A stretch of 64,000 nt of DNA from an uncultured Thermomicrobiales bacterium (GTDB lineage Bacteria; Chloroflexota; Chloroflexia; Thermomicrobiales; UBA6265), in the NCBI GenBank assembly GCA_902806405.1, contig CADCWL010000247.1, forward strand, positions 68,003 through 132,002. The letters are read 5' to 3'. A program made the position numbers and the translations under genes. The notes under the pieces are model-generated. The model searched no databases. It saw nothing but the letters and a program-made list of their open reading frames with translations, and was not told the origin of the DNA. Below, piece by piece: positions 8,041-19,279 of this stretch; the stretch's first letter is position 1; each line of letters opens with the position of its first letter.

Positions 8041-9927
8041 ATGGGCGCGGGACGGCTGGAGAGACCAGCGATCGGCATGGAGCACGCGGCGGACGTGCCC
8101 GTCCGACGGCTCACCATGCCGCGCCGGCGCGGCCGACGCTCCGCACCACAACGGTACCGCGTCGCAGGAACCATCGCCGCCTCGCTCCTCCTGTTTGCGC
8201 TGGTCGCGCTCGGCGCCGCGTTCCTCCGTTCCACGGGGGAGGCGGCGCCCGGAACGCGGGTCGGTGACGTCGAGGTCGGCGGTCTGAGCGAGACCGCCGC
8301 CCGTGCCCGGGTCGGCGCCCGCACCGCGGCGTTAGCGGAGCAACCGGTCGCCTTCACCCTCGGTGACCGGAACTGGACGACGCGACCGGCGAAGATCGGC
8401 GTAACCTACGAAGCGAACGCCGCCGTCGACCACGCACTGGCCGCCGGCCGCGACCCCGGCTTCGCCGGTGCCCTGCTCGGAACCGTGGGGATGGCGCCGG
8501 AGCCGGCCCCCGTCCCGCTCGCTATCCGCCTCGACCAGACGGGTTTCGACCGCTTCCTCGACCAGATCGACGCCGAGGTCGGCGCGCCGCCCGTCGACGC
8601 GGCGGTCGTCCTTGCCGGCACCGATGTATCAATCACCCCGGCGCGCGACGGCCGTGGCATCGACCGCGACGTCGCGCGCTCGGCGCTCGTCCCGCTGCTC
8701 GCCGCTCTCCGGCCGGTCTCCGTCGCCCTTACCGAGCGCGCGCTGCCCCCCGCGATCGACGACGATGAGGCCGTGGCCCTGCAGGACCGGCTCGACCAGG
8801 CGTTGGCCGAGCCAATACTCCTGGGCGATGGCGACGAGACGTGGCCGGTCGCACCCGAGGAACTGGCGGGATTGGTACGTATCGCGCCGGTCGATCGTGA
8901 CGGCGGCCGCGTACTCGATGCCACACTCGACGGCGCCGGCCTCGCCACCCTCGTCGACCGGATCGCGGCGGAAACGGAGGCGGCGACGTCGGACGCGTGG
9001 ATAGAGCAGCGCGGCTCCCAGAAGTACCTGGTGCCCGCCGTCCAGGGCCGCACACTGCTCCGGGATGAACTGGTCACCTCCCTGCGGGCCGCGTTCCTCG
9101 CCGGGGAACACGAGCTAGCGCTTCCGGTCCAACGGGACGCGGCCGTGCCGGAGGTCACAACCGACGAGTTGCTGGCCGACTTGGGCATCACCGGCCTTGT
9201 GGCGGAGGGGGATTCCGCCTTCGCGGGGTCCGACGCGGGGCGCGACACCAACGTCCGCCTCGCGGCGGAACGGGTCGACGGCGCCCTTGTCCCACCCGGG
9301 GGCACGTTCTCCTACAACGCCGCCCTCGGCACCCTCTTCGACTCCGGTTTCGCCGCCGCCAACTCCATGATCGAGGGGTTTGAAACCGCCGAGGGGGGCG
9401 GGGTCTGCCAGGTCTCGACCACCGTCTTCCGTGCCGCCCTGCGCGCCGGGCTGCCGATCACGGAGTGGTGGCCGCACGGCTTCCGCAGCCCGTTCTATGA
9501 GCAGGCCGGCTGGTCCCCCGGCTTCGACGCTTCCATCGTCCAGGTCTGGCAGGACCCCGAGAGCGACACGGACTTCCGGTTCGAGAACCCGACCGACTCC
9601 TGGATGCTCGTCCGCGTCGCGCTCGAACCCGGCAGCGGGCTGCGCGTCGACCTCCTCGGCGCCGAGACCGGCTACGGGGTCAGCTTCGACGAGCCGGTTC
9701 AGCGGGTCACCGAGCCCGCCCCACCCGCAACCGAGGAGATCGACGAGAGCCTCTTACCTGGCACGGTCGTTGAGGACCGTCCCGCCGCCGACGCCTTGGA
9801 GGTGACCGTCGTCCGCCGCGTCACCGACGCGGACGGCAACGAGGTCTCGACCGACACCTTCGTCTCGTCCTACCGTTCCCAATCCGCGCTTCGCCGCGTC
9901 AGCCCCGACGTGATAGAGGGCGCCTGA
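8041..9927 (+). CDS. VanW family protein (membrane-anchored)
   Basis: N-terminal TM IAASLLLFALVALGAAFL. VanW core GGGVCQVSTTVFRAALRAGLPITEWWPHGFRSPFY. The true start is probably ATG 8116 (MPRRRGRRS...) or 8077. Confidence 0.8.
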   Translation: MGAGRLERPAIGMEHAADVPVRRLTMPRRRGRRSAPQRYRVAGTIAASLLLFALVALGAAFLRSTGEAAPGTRVGDVEVGGLSETAARARVGARTAALAEQPVAFTLGDRNWTTRPAKIGVTYEANAAVDHALAAGRDPGFAGALLGTVGMAPEPAPVPLAIRLDQTGFDRFLDQIDAEVGAPPVDAAVVLAGTDVSITPARDGRGIDRDVARSALVPLLAALRPVSVALTERALPPAIDDDEAVALQDRLDQALAEPILLGDGDETWPVAPEELAGLVRIAPVDRDGGRVLDATLDGAGLATLVDRIAAETEAATSDAWIEQRGSQKYLVPAVQGRTLLRDELVTSLRAAFLAGEHELALPVQRDAAVPEVTTDELLADLGITGLVAEGDSAFAGSDAGRDTNVRLAAERVDGALVPPGGTFSYNAALGTLFDSGFAAANSMIEGFETAEGGGVCQVSTTVFRAALRAGLPITEWWPHGFRSPFYEQAGWSPGFDASIVQVWQDPESDTDFRFENPTDSWMLVRVALEPGSGLRVDLLGAETGYGVSFDEPVQRVTEPAPPATEEIDESLLPGTVVEDRPAADALEVTVVRRVTDADGNEVSTDTFVSSYRSQSALRRVSPDVIEGA

Positions 9928-10630
9928 TCGTCTCACCCCCGATCGCTGCCCGTGCGAGCGATCGGGCCGGAGACACCACCGAGGGTTGGAATCGGGCACG
10001 AACTGCTGTCTTAGGTCGGGTGGCGATCGCGTCGATCTCGGTCTCGTCGTCCTCGCGTACGAGCACCGGCCCGCCCGCGACAGCGATCCCGTAAAGGGTG
10101 ATCGTCTCCCGCATCGACGGGCTCACCGGTCTCTGCTGGTGGGCACCGAGGAGACTCCCCGAGGCGATACCCTGACGCTAGCCAGTGGCAGGGCCTGCTC
10201 GCTCCCGGAAAGCGCGGAGGCCACTGCACGGACGCCAATCCTTGGCGTCACATCCGGTTCGGCTTTGGTGGATAACCTGTCCTGGGGTGCGGCAGGCTCC
10301 GTTCTGCCCCACGAGACGGTCCTTCGTCGATAGGCAGTGCCACGAGGGATCTACCGAGACTCGGCACTCCCTCCCCTCGCCTTAGCGCCTGGCGCTCGGT
10401 CCCGTCGCCCGAGAAGCCGTTCCGCGACCGAGCGGTCTCCGAATCGCCCGGAAGAGTCAGCGCTGGATCGGGTGCGACAAGCAACCGGTCTGCGTCGGCG
10501 GATCGCTAGGCGCGATCCGGGAGGTGGTAGTCGTCCGCGCCCGCTCGTGGCGGCGACGTGCTAACGACCGACCGAATTGCGCGTCCTCCGTCGGTTCCGC
10601 TATCGGATCCCCGGGACGCGATCGGTCGCT

Positions 10631-12673
<2,043 letters not shown>

Positions 12674-12929
12674 TCTTTGGGGGGGCTGCCGTCCTCGACC
12701 AGATGGGGATGGGGAGAGTCCAGCGCTCGGTTCTCGCGGCGCTCATGCGGCTGCACGACATCCGGATCGCGCACCACAGACGAGCGCCACCGTTCCCCCC
12801 CCGGACGGACCGGGCGCGGGCATGCGGCTTTCCCGTGAGCAAGAGGCCGTCAGCGCGATCGACTCCGGAGGGTGAGAAGGCGGGGTTTGGCGTGGGGAAC
12901 GCAGGCTGCCCGCCGAGGGGCGTAAATGC

Positions 12930-12959
12930 ATCCTACCACCGCCCGGCAGTGGCCGTCAA
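12930..12959 (-). promoter_or_regulatory. Candidate sigma-70-type promoter of rho
   Basis: The minus strand reads TTGACG, an 18-nt spacer, then TAGGAT (-35 at 12954-12959, -10 at 12930-12935). This predicts a ~250-nt leader. Confidence 0.5.
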
Positions 12960-13009
12960 TCGATACCGGCACGTGGGCGGCGGAACATCGCCCGCACCGC
13001 CGGCGACGC

Positions 13010-13999
13010 CTAATCGAAGGGGAACGCAGCGTACTGCCGCAGCTTGTTGAGCCGGTGCGTTGCGTCGATCTTGCGGATCGTCCCGGATCGGGAACGCGTC
13101 ACGAGCGACTGCGTCGTCGCCCCATCACCGTGGAAGTGGACCCCCCGCAGCAGATCGCCGTCCGTAATCCCGGTCGCCGCGAAGAAGACATCGTCGCCGG
13201 CCGCGAGGTCGTCGCAGCCGAGCACCCGATCGACATCGAGCCGGTGTTCGGCGACCGCCCGCCACTCCTGGTCGTTGCGCGGCCAGAGCTTGCACTGGAT
13301 GTCGCCACCCATGCACTTCAGGGCGCAGGCCGCGACCACCGCCTCCGGGGCGCCACCGATTCCGAGCAGGACGTCGATACCGGTTCCCTCCATCGCCGTC
13401 ATCACCGCCCCGGCGACGTCGCCGTCGGGGATGCTCCTGATCCGTGCGCCGGCAGCCCGCACCTCCTCGATAATCCCTTCGTGCCGCGGCCGGTCGAGGA
13501 TCACTACCGTCAGATCGGGGATTTGCCGCCCCTTCGCCGCCGCGATCCGTGTCAGGTTCGCCTCGACCGTGTCGTTGATGTCGATCGCCCCCGCCGCCTC
13601 GGGCCCGACCGCAATCTTCTGCATGTACATCACGTGCCGCGACTCGAAGAGCGCCCCCCGTTCGGCGACCGCCACGGTCGCGATCGAGTTCGGCATCCCG
13701 TTCGCCAGCAGCCGTGTCCCGTCGATCGGGTCGACCGCGATGTCGACCCCCGGCCCGCCTCCCCCCCCGACCCGCTCGCCGACGTAGAGCATCGGCGCCT
13801 CGTCCTTCTCCCCCTCGCCGATGACGACAACCCCGTCCATGGCGATCGAGCCGAGGACCAGCCGCATCGCGTCGACCGCCGCCTGGTCCGCCGCTTCCTT
13901 GTCGCCCCGCCCCATCCAACGCCCGGCCGTCAGCGCCGCCGCCTCCGTCACCCGCACCAGCTCCAGCGCCAGATTACGCCCAAGCATCGAGTCGCTCAT
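13010..13999 (-). CDS. glpX: Fructose-1,6-bisphosphatase class II
   Basis: GRWMGRGDKEAADQAAVDAMR, VVIGEGEKDEAPMLY, DIAVDPIDGT, LGIGGAPEAV. ATG 13999 is preceded by GGAGGG (14004-14009); the ORF track starts one codon earlier at TTG 14002. Confidence 0.93.
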   Translation of the reverse strand: MSDSMLGRNLALELVRVTEAAALTAGRWMGRGDKEAADQAAVDAMRLVLGSIAMDGVVVIGEGEKDEAPMLYVGERVGGGGGPGVDIAVDPIDGTRLLANGMPNSIATVAVAERGALFESRHVMYMQKIAVGPEAAGAIDINDTVEANLTRIAAAKGRQIPDLTVVILDRPRHEGIIEEVRAAGARIRSIPDGDVAGAVMTAMEGTGIDVLLGIGGAPEAVVAACALKCMGGDIQCKLWPRNDQEWRAVAEHRLDVDRVLGCDDLAAGDDVFFAATGITDGDLLRGVHFHGDGATTQSLVTRSRSGTIRKIDATHRLNKLRQYAAFPFD

Positions 14000-14015
14000 C
14001 AAACCCTCCGGAGTT

Positions 14016-14129
14016 GGCAGAGGGCAGAGGGCAGGAGTCGGAACCGACCGTCGTGGCCGCGGCGGTAACGCCCCAACTCCGGCTTCCGCCGCTTCCTCGT
14101 CACTGCTCCCTGCCCTCTGCCCTCTGCCC
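14016..14129. repeat. Inverted repeat of GGCAGAG heptamer repeats bridging the dinG 3' end and the glpX 5' UTR
   Basis: Left arm 14016-14037 is GGCAGAGGGCAGAGGGCAGGAG. Right arm 14106-14128 is CTCCCTGCCCTCTGCCCTCTGCC. The arms are near-complementary (about 22 bp, one bulge) with a ~68-nt spacer. The minus-strand sense of 14108-14129 is GGGCAGAGGGCAGAGGGCAGGG, i.e. four G3 tracts. Confidence 0.9.
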
Positions 14130-17066
14130 TCGTACGTCGAGCCAGTCGGCCGCCGCCATCGGCAGGTCGTGGACGCTACCGACCTCCACCGAACACTCGG
14201 GTAGGGACTGCACGAACGATGCCCCGTAGCGTTTGGAGAGGACGCGGCGGTCGAGAACGGCGCAGACGCCCCGGTCGTGCCCGCTCCGGATCAGGCGCCC
14301 GAAGCCCTGCTTGAAGCGGAGCACCGCCTGCGGCACGGCGTACTCCAGGAACGGCTGCTCGAACAGTTCTGACCGGGCGGCGAAGACCGGATCGGAGGGG
14401 ACGGCAAAGGGGAGCTTGGTGATGACGAGCAGGCTCAGCGCCGGCCCGACGACGTCGACCCCCTCCCAGAACGTCGCCGTCCCGAGCACGACCACGTTCG
14501 GCGTGGAGCGCAGACGCTCCACCAGTTGCCGAGGGCTGCCGTCCAGGCGCTGGGCGAGGACCAGGATTCCCGCCTCCTCAAGCGGCCGCTTGACCGCCCG
14601 CGCCGTCGCCTGCAGCGCGGCGTGGGAGGTGAAGAGGACCAGTGCCCGCCCCCGCGTCGCCTCGCAGAGCGCGATTAGCGTCTCCTGGAGGCGGCGCTGG
14701 TAGCCGGGCTGGTTCGGCTCCGGCACGTCGTCGGCGAGGTAGAGGAGTGTCGAGCGCTCGTAGTCGAACGGCGAGGCGACCTGCAGCTCCTCCGGCCCTT
14801 CCAGACCCAACCGCTCGGCAACGTAGTCGAAGGTGCCGTCGGTCGTGATCGTGGCCGAGGTGAGGACGACCGAGCGGAGCGGCGCAAAGAGCCGCTCGGC
14901 CAGCACGTCCCCGACGTGGAGCGGCGCGGCGTGGAGCGACGCCCGGTCTCCCACCTGGGAGCGCTCTGCCCAGTAGACGAGGTCGCGGCTCGGGCTGCCG
15001 ATCGCGGACTGCAAGCGGCTTGCCAACTCCGCCCCGCCGCGCACCGCCAGCCCGAGCTCGATCGCCAACTCCTCGTGTTGGAGGTCCGGCCCCTCCTCCC
15101 CCTCGGCGGGCTCCACCCGCTCGACCGCCTCCAGGAACCAGCGGAGCGCGTCGTCAAGCTCCCTCAGCTCCCGCTCCAGCCGCTCCCAGAGGAGCTCGAC
15201 CTCAAGCCAGGCGCCGTCGCGGCGGACGCCATCGGTCAGCCGCAGAGTACGGTCGTACCCCCCGCCGTTCCCCTCCTGGCGGGCGATCGCCTCATTCAAC
15301 CGCGCAAAGAGCTGGGCCGCCGCCGACCGCGCAGCGTCGGCCCGGCCGAGGGCGAGCCGGACCCGCTCCGCCGCGGCAGCGGCCCGCCGCTTGCCGCCGT
15401 CGTCGATCGCCGTCCGCTCCAGGTAGGCGGCGACGGTCGCCAGCGTGCCGCCCGCGACCGGACCGTCCCGCCGCGCCACGCCGTCGAGGTGCTCGGCCAG
15501 CGCGCGCTCGTCGACCGCAAAGGAGAACTGGGTCGTCGCCTGGTCCTCCAGGTGGTGTGCCTCGTCGACGACGAGGTGCTCGTACTCCGGCAGGACGCGG
15601 CTGCCGGCCATCACATCGGAGAGGAGCAAAGCGTGGTTAACGATCACCAGGTGGGCATGCTCCGCCGCCCGTCGCGCCCGGTAGAGAAAGCAGCGGTTGC
15701 GCTGCTGGAAGACGCAGCGGGAGGCGACGCAGCTCCCCTCCTCCTCGGCCACGTGCCGCCAGAGCCCTTCCTCCTCGTGGGTCAGCCGCAGCTCGGCCCG
15801 ATCCCCGGTCTCCGTCTCGCCGAGCCAGACGAGGATCTTGGCCCGCAGGCCGGCCTCGACCGGGTCGACCGTCGGTTGCCGGTGGAGGGCGAACCAGCGC
15901 CGCAGGCAGAGGTAGTTCGACCGCCCCTTCAAAACCGTCGCCGTGAACGGGGCCGCACCGCCGTCGGCAAGGTCCTCCCCTCGACCGTCGGCCAGCGCAG
16001 CCCTCAAGTCCGGCAGGTCCTTCCGGTAGAGCTGGTCCTGCAGCGCTAGCGTGTTGGTCGAGACGACGACCGGCTCGCCCCGCTCCACCGCCTGCAGTGC
16101 CGCCGGCAGCAGGTAGGCGATGCTCTTGCCGGTGCCGGTCCCGGCCTCGACGAGGAGGTGCCGGTCGCGGCCCAGCGTCTCCGTCACGGCGAGCGCCATC
16201 GCCTCCTGCTGCGGTCGCCGCTCATAGCCGGCCACGACCCGGCTGAGCGGCCCGTCCGGCGCCAGCGCCGCGGTGATCCGCTTCGGGTCGATGCGCCGCG
16301 TCGATCCCGTCCGCCGCAGCGGCTCAGGCCGCTCGCCGGGGGTCAGAAAGGCGAGTTCGTGCGGACCGCCCTGGGCGGGGTCCGCCAGCGCCTCGAAGAG
16401 CGGGCCGTCCCACCGCTCCCGGGCCGCCGCCGCGAAGAGCTCCGCCGAGCCCCAACCGGCCATCCGCGCGTACCCGGCCAGTTCGTCCAGGGTGCCGGCA
16501 TCGAAACGGTCGAGCCGGGCGAGAAGCGCGCGGAAGACCGCCGCCGCCGTCTCGGCGTCGCCGAGTGCCCGGTGACTCGGCGCTGCCTCGACGCCGAGCC
16601 GAGCGGCGACCGCGCGCAGCCCGTAGGCCGGCATGTCGGGAAGCAGCAGCGTCGCCAGCTCGTACGTGTCGTAGACCGGGTTCGCCAACAGGAGCCCGGC
16701 GGCGTCGAGCATCGCCAGATCGCCCCCGACCGACTGGCCGACGACCGGTCGCCCCGCTATCAGGCGGCGCAGCCGGGGCGCAACCTCGCCAAAGGTCGGC
16801 GCCGCGGCCAGCTCCTCCGTCCCGATCCCCGTCAGCGACGCGATGTCGAGCGAGAGCCGTCCCCGCGGCCGGACCAGCGTCTGGTATCGCTCCCGCTCCC
16901 GCTCGCGGTCGAAGACGACGGCGGCAACCTCGATCACCTCGTGCCGAGCAGGGTCCATCCCCGTCGCCTCGACGTCGAGCGCGACGTACGTGCCGCCACT
17001 GCCTCCGCCCGTTGCCGCCGCCTCGCTCACACGCTTACCAACGCCTGCCGCCGGGCGCCAGCCCAC
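14100..17066 (-). CDS. dinG: Bifunctional DnaQ-like 3'-5' exonuclease / DinG-family (XPD-like) ATP-dependent helicase
   Basis: N-terminal exonuclease motif YVALDVEATGMDPARHEVIEVAAV. Helicase motif I VEAGTGTGKS, DEAH box VVDEAHHLED. Cys cluster CLRRW / CVASRCVFQQRNRC. C-terminal helicase motifs FWEGVD, FKQGFGRLIR. 988 aa. Confidence 0.9.
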   Translation of the reverse strand: MGWRPAAGVGKRVSEAAATGGGSGGTYVALDVEATGMDPARHEVIEVAAVVFDRERERERYQTLVRPRGRLSLDIASLTGIGTEELAAAPTFGEVAPRLRRLIAGRPVVGQSVGGDLAMLDAAGLLLANPVYDTYELATLLLPDMPAYGLRAVAARLGVEAAPSHRALGDAETAAAVFRALLARLDRFDAGTLDELAGYARMAGWGSAELFAAAARERWDGPLFEALADPAQGGPHELAFLTPGERPEPLRRTGSTRRIDPKRITAALAPDGPLSRVVAGYERRPQQEAMALAVTETLGRDRHLLVEAGTGTGKSIAYLLPAALQAVERGEPVVVSTNTLALQDQLYRKDLPDLRAALADGRGEDLADGGAAPFTATVLKGRSNYLCLRRWFALHRQPTVDPVEAGLRAKILVWLGETETGDRAELRLTHEEEGLWRHVAEEEGSCVASRCVFQQRNRCFLYRARRAAEHAHLVIVNHALLLSDVMAGSRVLPEYEHLVVDEAHHLEDQATTQFSFAVDERALAEHLDGVARRDGPVAGGTLATVAAYLERTAIDDGGKRRAAAAAERVRLALGRADAARSAAAQLFARLNEAIARQEGNGGGYDRTLRLTDGVRRDGAWLEVELLWERLERELRELDDALRWFLEAVERVEPAEGEEGPDLQHEELAIELGLAVRGGAELASRLQSAIGSPSRDLVYWAERSQVGDRASLHAAPLHVGDVLAERLFAPLRSVVLTSATITTDGTFDYVAERLGLEGPEELQVASPFDYERSTLLYLADDVPEPNQPGYQRRLQETLIALCEATRGRALVLFTSHAALQATARAVKRPLEEAGILVLAQRLDGSPRQLVERLRSTPNVVVLGTATFWEGVDVVGPALSLLVITKLPFAVPSDPVFAARSELFEQPFLEYAVPQAVLRFKQGFGRLIRSGHDRGVCAVLDRRVLSKRYGASFVQSLPECSVEVGSVHDLPMAAADWLDVRGQRAEGREQ

Positions 17067-18231
17067 CGGTGGCCGAGGCTTCGGCGAGCGCCGCCGTCAG
17101 CAGCGCCAGCTGCGCCAGTCCGTCGGCGAGGGGCGCAACGTCGACGTACTCGTCCTCGCGATGGACGTTGCCGCCGGTCGTCAGTCCGACGCAGACGGCC
17201 GGGACGTTCCGGCTGATCGCGATGTTGGCGTCGGTGCTGGAGGCGTCGTAGGTCGTCTCCACGCCGAGCGCGGCAAGCGCCTCCGTCGCCAGCCGGACGA
17301 TCGGGCCGTCGAGCGGCACCACCCCGGCCGGCCGCTCCCCCAGGACCTCGCTCGTGATCGCGACCCCGCCGCGGCCCGCCGCGGCCACCTCCCGCTCCAC
17401 CCGCTCCCCCAGCCGGCGCAGCGCCGCCTCGTCGACCGAGCGCATGTCGACCAGGCAGGAGGCCGTCGGCGCGATCGAGTTGACGGAGACGCCCCCCTCA
17501 ATCGTGCCGACGTTGAGTGTCGTCTTCGGGTGGCGCGGCAGCGGCAGGGCGGCGAGGTCGGCCACCAGCCGGGCCAGGGCGTGGATCGCGCTCGGCCGTC
17601 CGAAATCCCCCCAGCTGTGACCGCCGGGGCCGGTCGCTGTCAACCGCAACCGCCGGCTGCCGACCGCGATGTGGGTCACCCGACCCAGGTTGTGACCTTC
17701 GACGGCGACCACAGCGCCGACCTCGGGCCGGTCGTCCATCACCGCCCGCATCCCACGCAGGTTGCCCAGCCCTTCCTCGCCGACGTTGGCAACCAGCAGC
17801 ACGTCGGCCCCCCTCGGCGCGTCGGCTGCGGCCAGCAACCCCGGGAGGGCCAGGATGGCCCCCACGCCGAGGCTGTTGTCGCCGATGCCGGGGCCGCAGA
17901 CCCGGTCTCCAACCCGCCGGATCGGCAGCGGCGTACCGGCCGCGAAGACGGTGTCGAGGTGGGCCGCGACCAGTACCGGCGGTGCCCCGCCGCCACCCGG
18001 CACCGTCGCCACCACGTCGTGCAGCGCGTCGACCACCACCGCCAGCCCCGCCTCGGCGAAGAGCTCGGCGACCAGACGCGACCGCTCCCCCTCGTCCCCC
18101 GTCGGAGCCGGCACGGCGGCAATCCGCTGCGTCAACTCGAGGACGCGCGGGACCGCCGCCTCCGCTGCGGCGCGCACCGCCGCAAGCCGGTCGGCGGCCT
18201 GCGCCCCCGCGTTGCCAGACGTGTCGCGCAA
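17035..18231 (-). CDS. M20 family metallopeptidase/deacylase
   Basis: VAAHLDTVF, GIGDNSLGV, NVGEEGLGNLRG, TLNVGTIEGG. TTG start. Overlaps the dinG ORF by 32 nt. Confidence 0.8.
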   Translation of the reverse strand: MRDTSGNAGAQAADRLAAVRAAAEAAVPRVLELTQRIAAVPAPTGDEGERSRLVAELFAEAGLAVVVDALHDVVATVPGGGGAPPVLVAAHLDTVFAAGTPLPIRRVGDRVCGPGIGDNSLGVGAILALPGLLAAADAPRGADVLLVANVGEEGLGNLRGMRAVMDDRPEVGAVVAVEGHNLGRVTHIAVGSRRLRLTATGPGGHSWGDFGRPSAIHALARLVADLAALPLPRHPKTTLNVGTIEGGVSVNSIAPTASCLVDMRSVDEAALRRLGERVEREVAAAGRGGVAITSEVLGERPAGVVPLDGPIVRLATEALAALGVETTYDASSTDANIAISRNVPAVCVGLTTGGNVHREDEYVDVAPLADGLAQLALLTAALAEASATGGLAPGGRRW

Positions 18232-18312
18232 TGGGTGTCCTGTCTAGAGTCAGCCGCGAGAGGGAACAAGCAACGTACGCCAAGCCAAAGGCCAGGCTGC
18301 GATTGGCGCCGG

Positions 18313-18321
18313 AGTATAGCA
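18313..18321 (-). promoter_or_regulatory. Candidate extended -10 promoter element for the M20-dinG unit
   Basis: The minus strand reads TGCTATACT (TGn + TATACT), ~80 nt upstream of the M20 start. Confidence 0.4.
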
Positions 18322-18469
18322 TCCGCCCCCGTCCCGCCGGTCCCAGCGCTCAGCCTATGCGGCGACAATGCACCGACGCTCCTGCAGCAGCGTGCAGCGA
18401 CCGACCGAGCCCCACTCTGCGCTCGGCCAGGATGGGCCTGAACGGTCGCTGATAGCGGCGGTTCCGTGG

Positions 18470-19235
18470 CGGACTCGGGCCTCCGGTCGCGCAACAAGCG
18501 GAGGACGGGCCGTTCGAGCAGCGCGTCCGGCAGCGAGCGTTACATCAGGACGAGCGCCCTCGCGTCGTCGGTCGTCGGCGGGTGCTCACCGCGCCCTCGG
18601 CCGCGGCGCCTCGACCGCCCGGAGGATCGCGGCGGCCACCGGCTCCGGGCCGGGCGCCCGCTCGGGCGGGCTCCGCAGGAGCCGATCGACGGCGTCGGTC
18701 GCGCACCGGTCGGTGTCGACCCGTGCGGATTCCCCCAGCGCCCCAAGGGCGGCGGCATCGAAGCCGGTCGCGATCGCCCCTGACCCGATCAGAATGACCC
18801 GGCGCCGAACGGGGCGGCCTCGAGCCGGAGCGCGTCGGCGAGCGCCTCGACGGCGTGCTTGGAGGCGCAGTGCCGATCGGCCACCAGAGTGGTCACCTCG
18901 CCGGAAACCGAGGAACGGCGGACGATAGTTCCCGCCCCCTGCCGCCGCCTCACGGGAAGCGACGGTGGGTCATCTCCTCGGCGGTGCCGTCGAGCCCCCA
19001 GCGTGCGTTCGCCTCGATCCCGTCGAACGCCGCACCATTAGAAGCCTCCTTGGTGACGTCGAGCCGGATCGGCTCCAGGCTCGGCGCTCGTGTCGCCGCC
19101 AACGGCTCAGACCACCGAGCAGTGTTGAAAACGGGACAGCCGTTCCGGTTGAGCGCGTCGGCGGTAGCGCGGCAGGTGCCGGATGGAGGCACCCTGACCA
19201 GGGTCACCTTCCCGTGCGATAACGAAACGACAGCC
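18470..19235 (-). pseudogene. Decayed paralog of the adjacent SDR oxidoreductase
   Basis: Colinear with the SDR at 19280-20200. VTLVRVPPSGTCRATADAL.. aligns to VALVTGASSGIGRATAVAL.. (Gly-rich loop destroyed). LDVTKEAS.. aligns to LDVAAESS. After a stop and frameshift, GTIVRRSSVSGE..DRHCASKHAVEALADALRLEAAPFG aligns to GRIVNVGSVGG..AYHMSKYAVESLTDGLRYEVRDFG (catalytic Tyr lost). About 30 codons of the NNAG region are missing, and there are several stops and shifts. Boundaries are approximate. Confidence 0.55.
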
Positions 19236-19279
19236 TCCGGTCGGACGAGGAAGGACGGGAACGGTGCGGCGGTGGGCGC

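Noticed and set aside
7955-8287. 110-aa ORF starting at a GTG 6 nt after a perfect AGGAGG, overlapping the VanW 5' region in another frame
   Set aside because: It is Arg/Ser-rich with no motif, and gene-like codon bias fades after ~35 codons. The Shine-Dalgarno may be coincidental or may serve a short upstream ORF. There is not enough evidence to call a gene.
10150-10420. Partial resemblance to cobalamin (GCCACUGG; GGAGCCUGCC versus the B12 box) and TPP (GGGGUGC...ACGAGA...AGGGA) riboswitch cores
   Set aside because: The matches are short and on opposite strands, conserved partner elements are missing, and no regulated gene follows. The region is kept only as an unassigned structured region in the findings.
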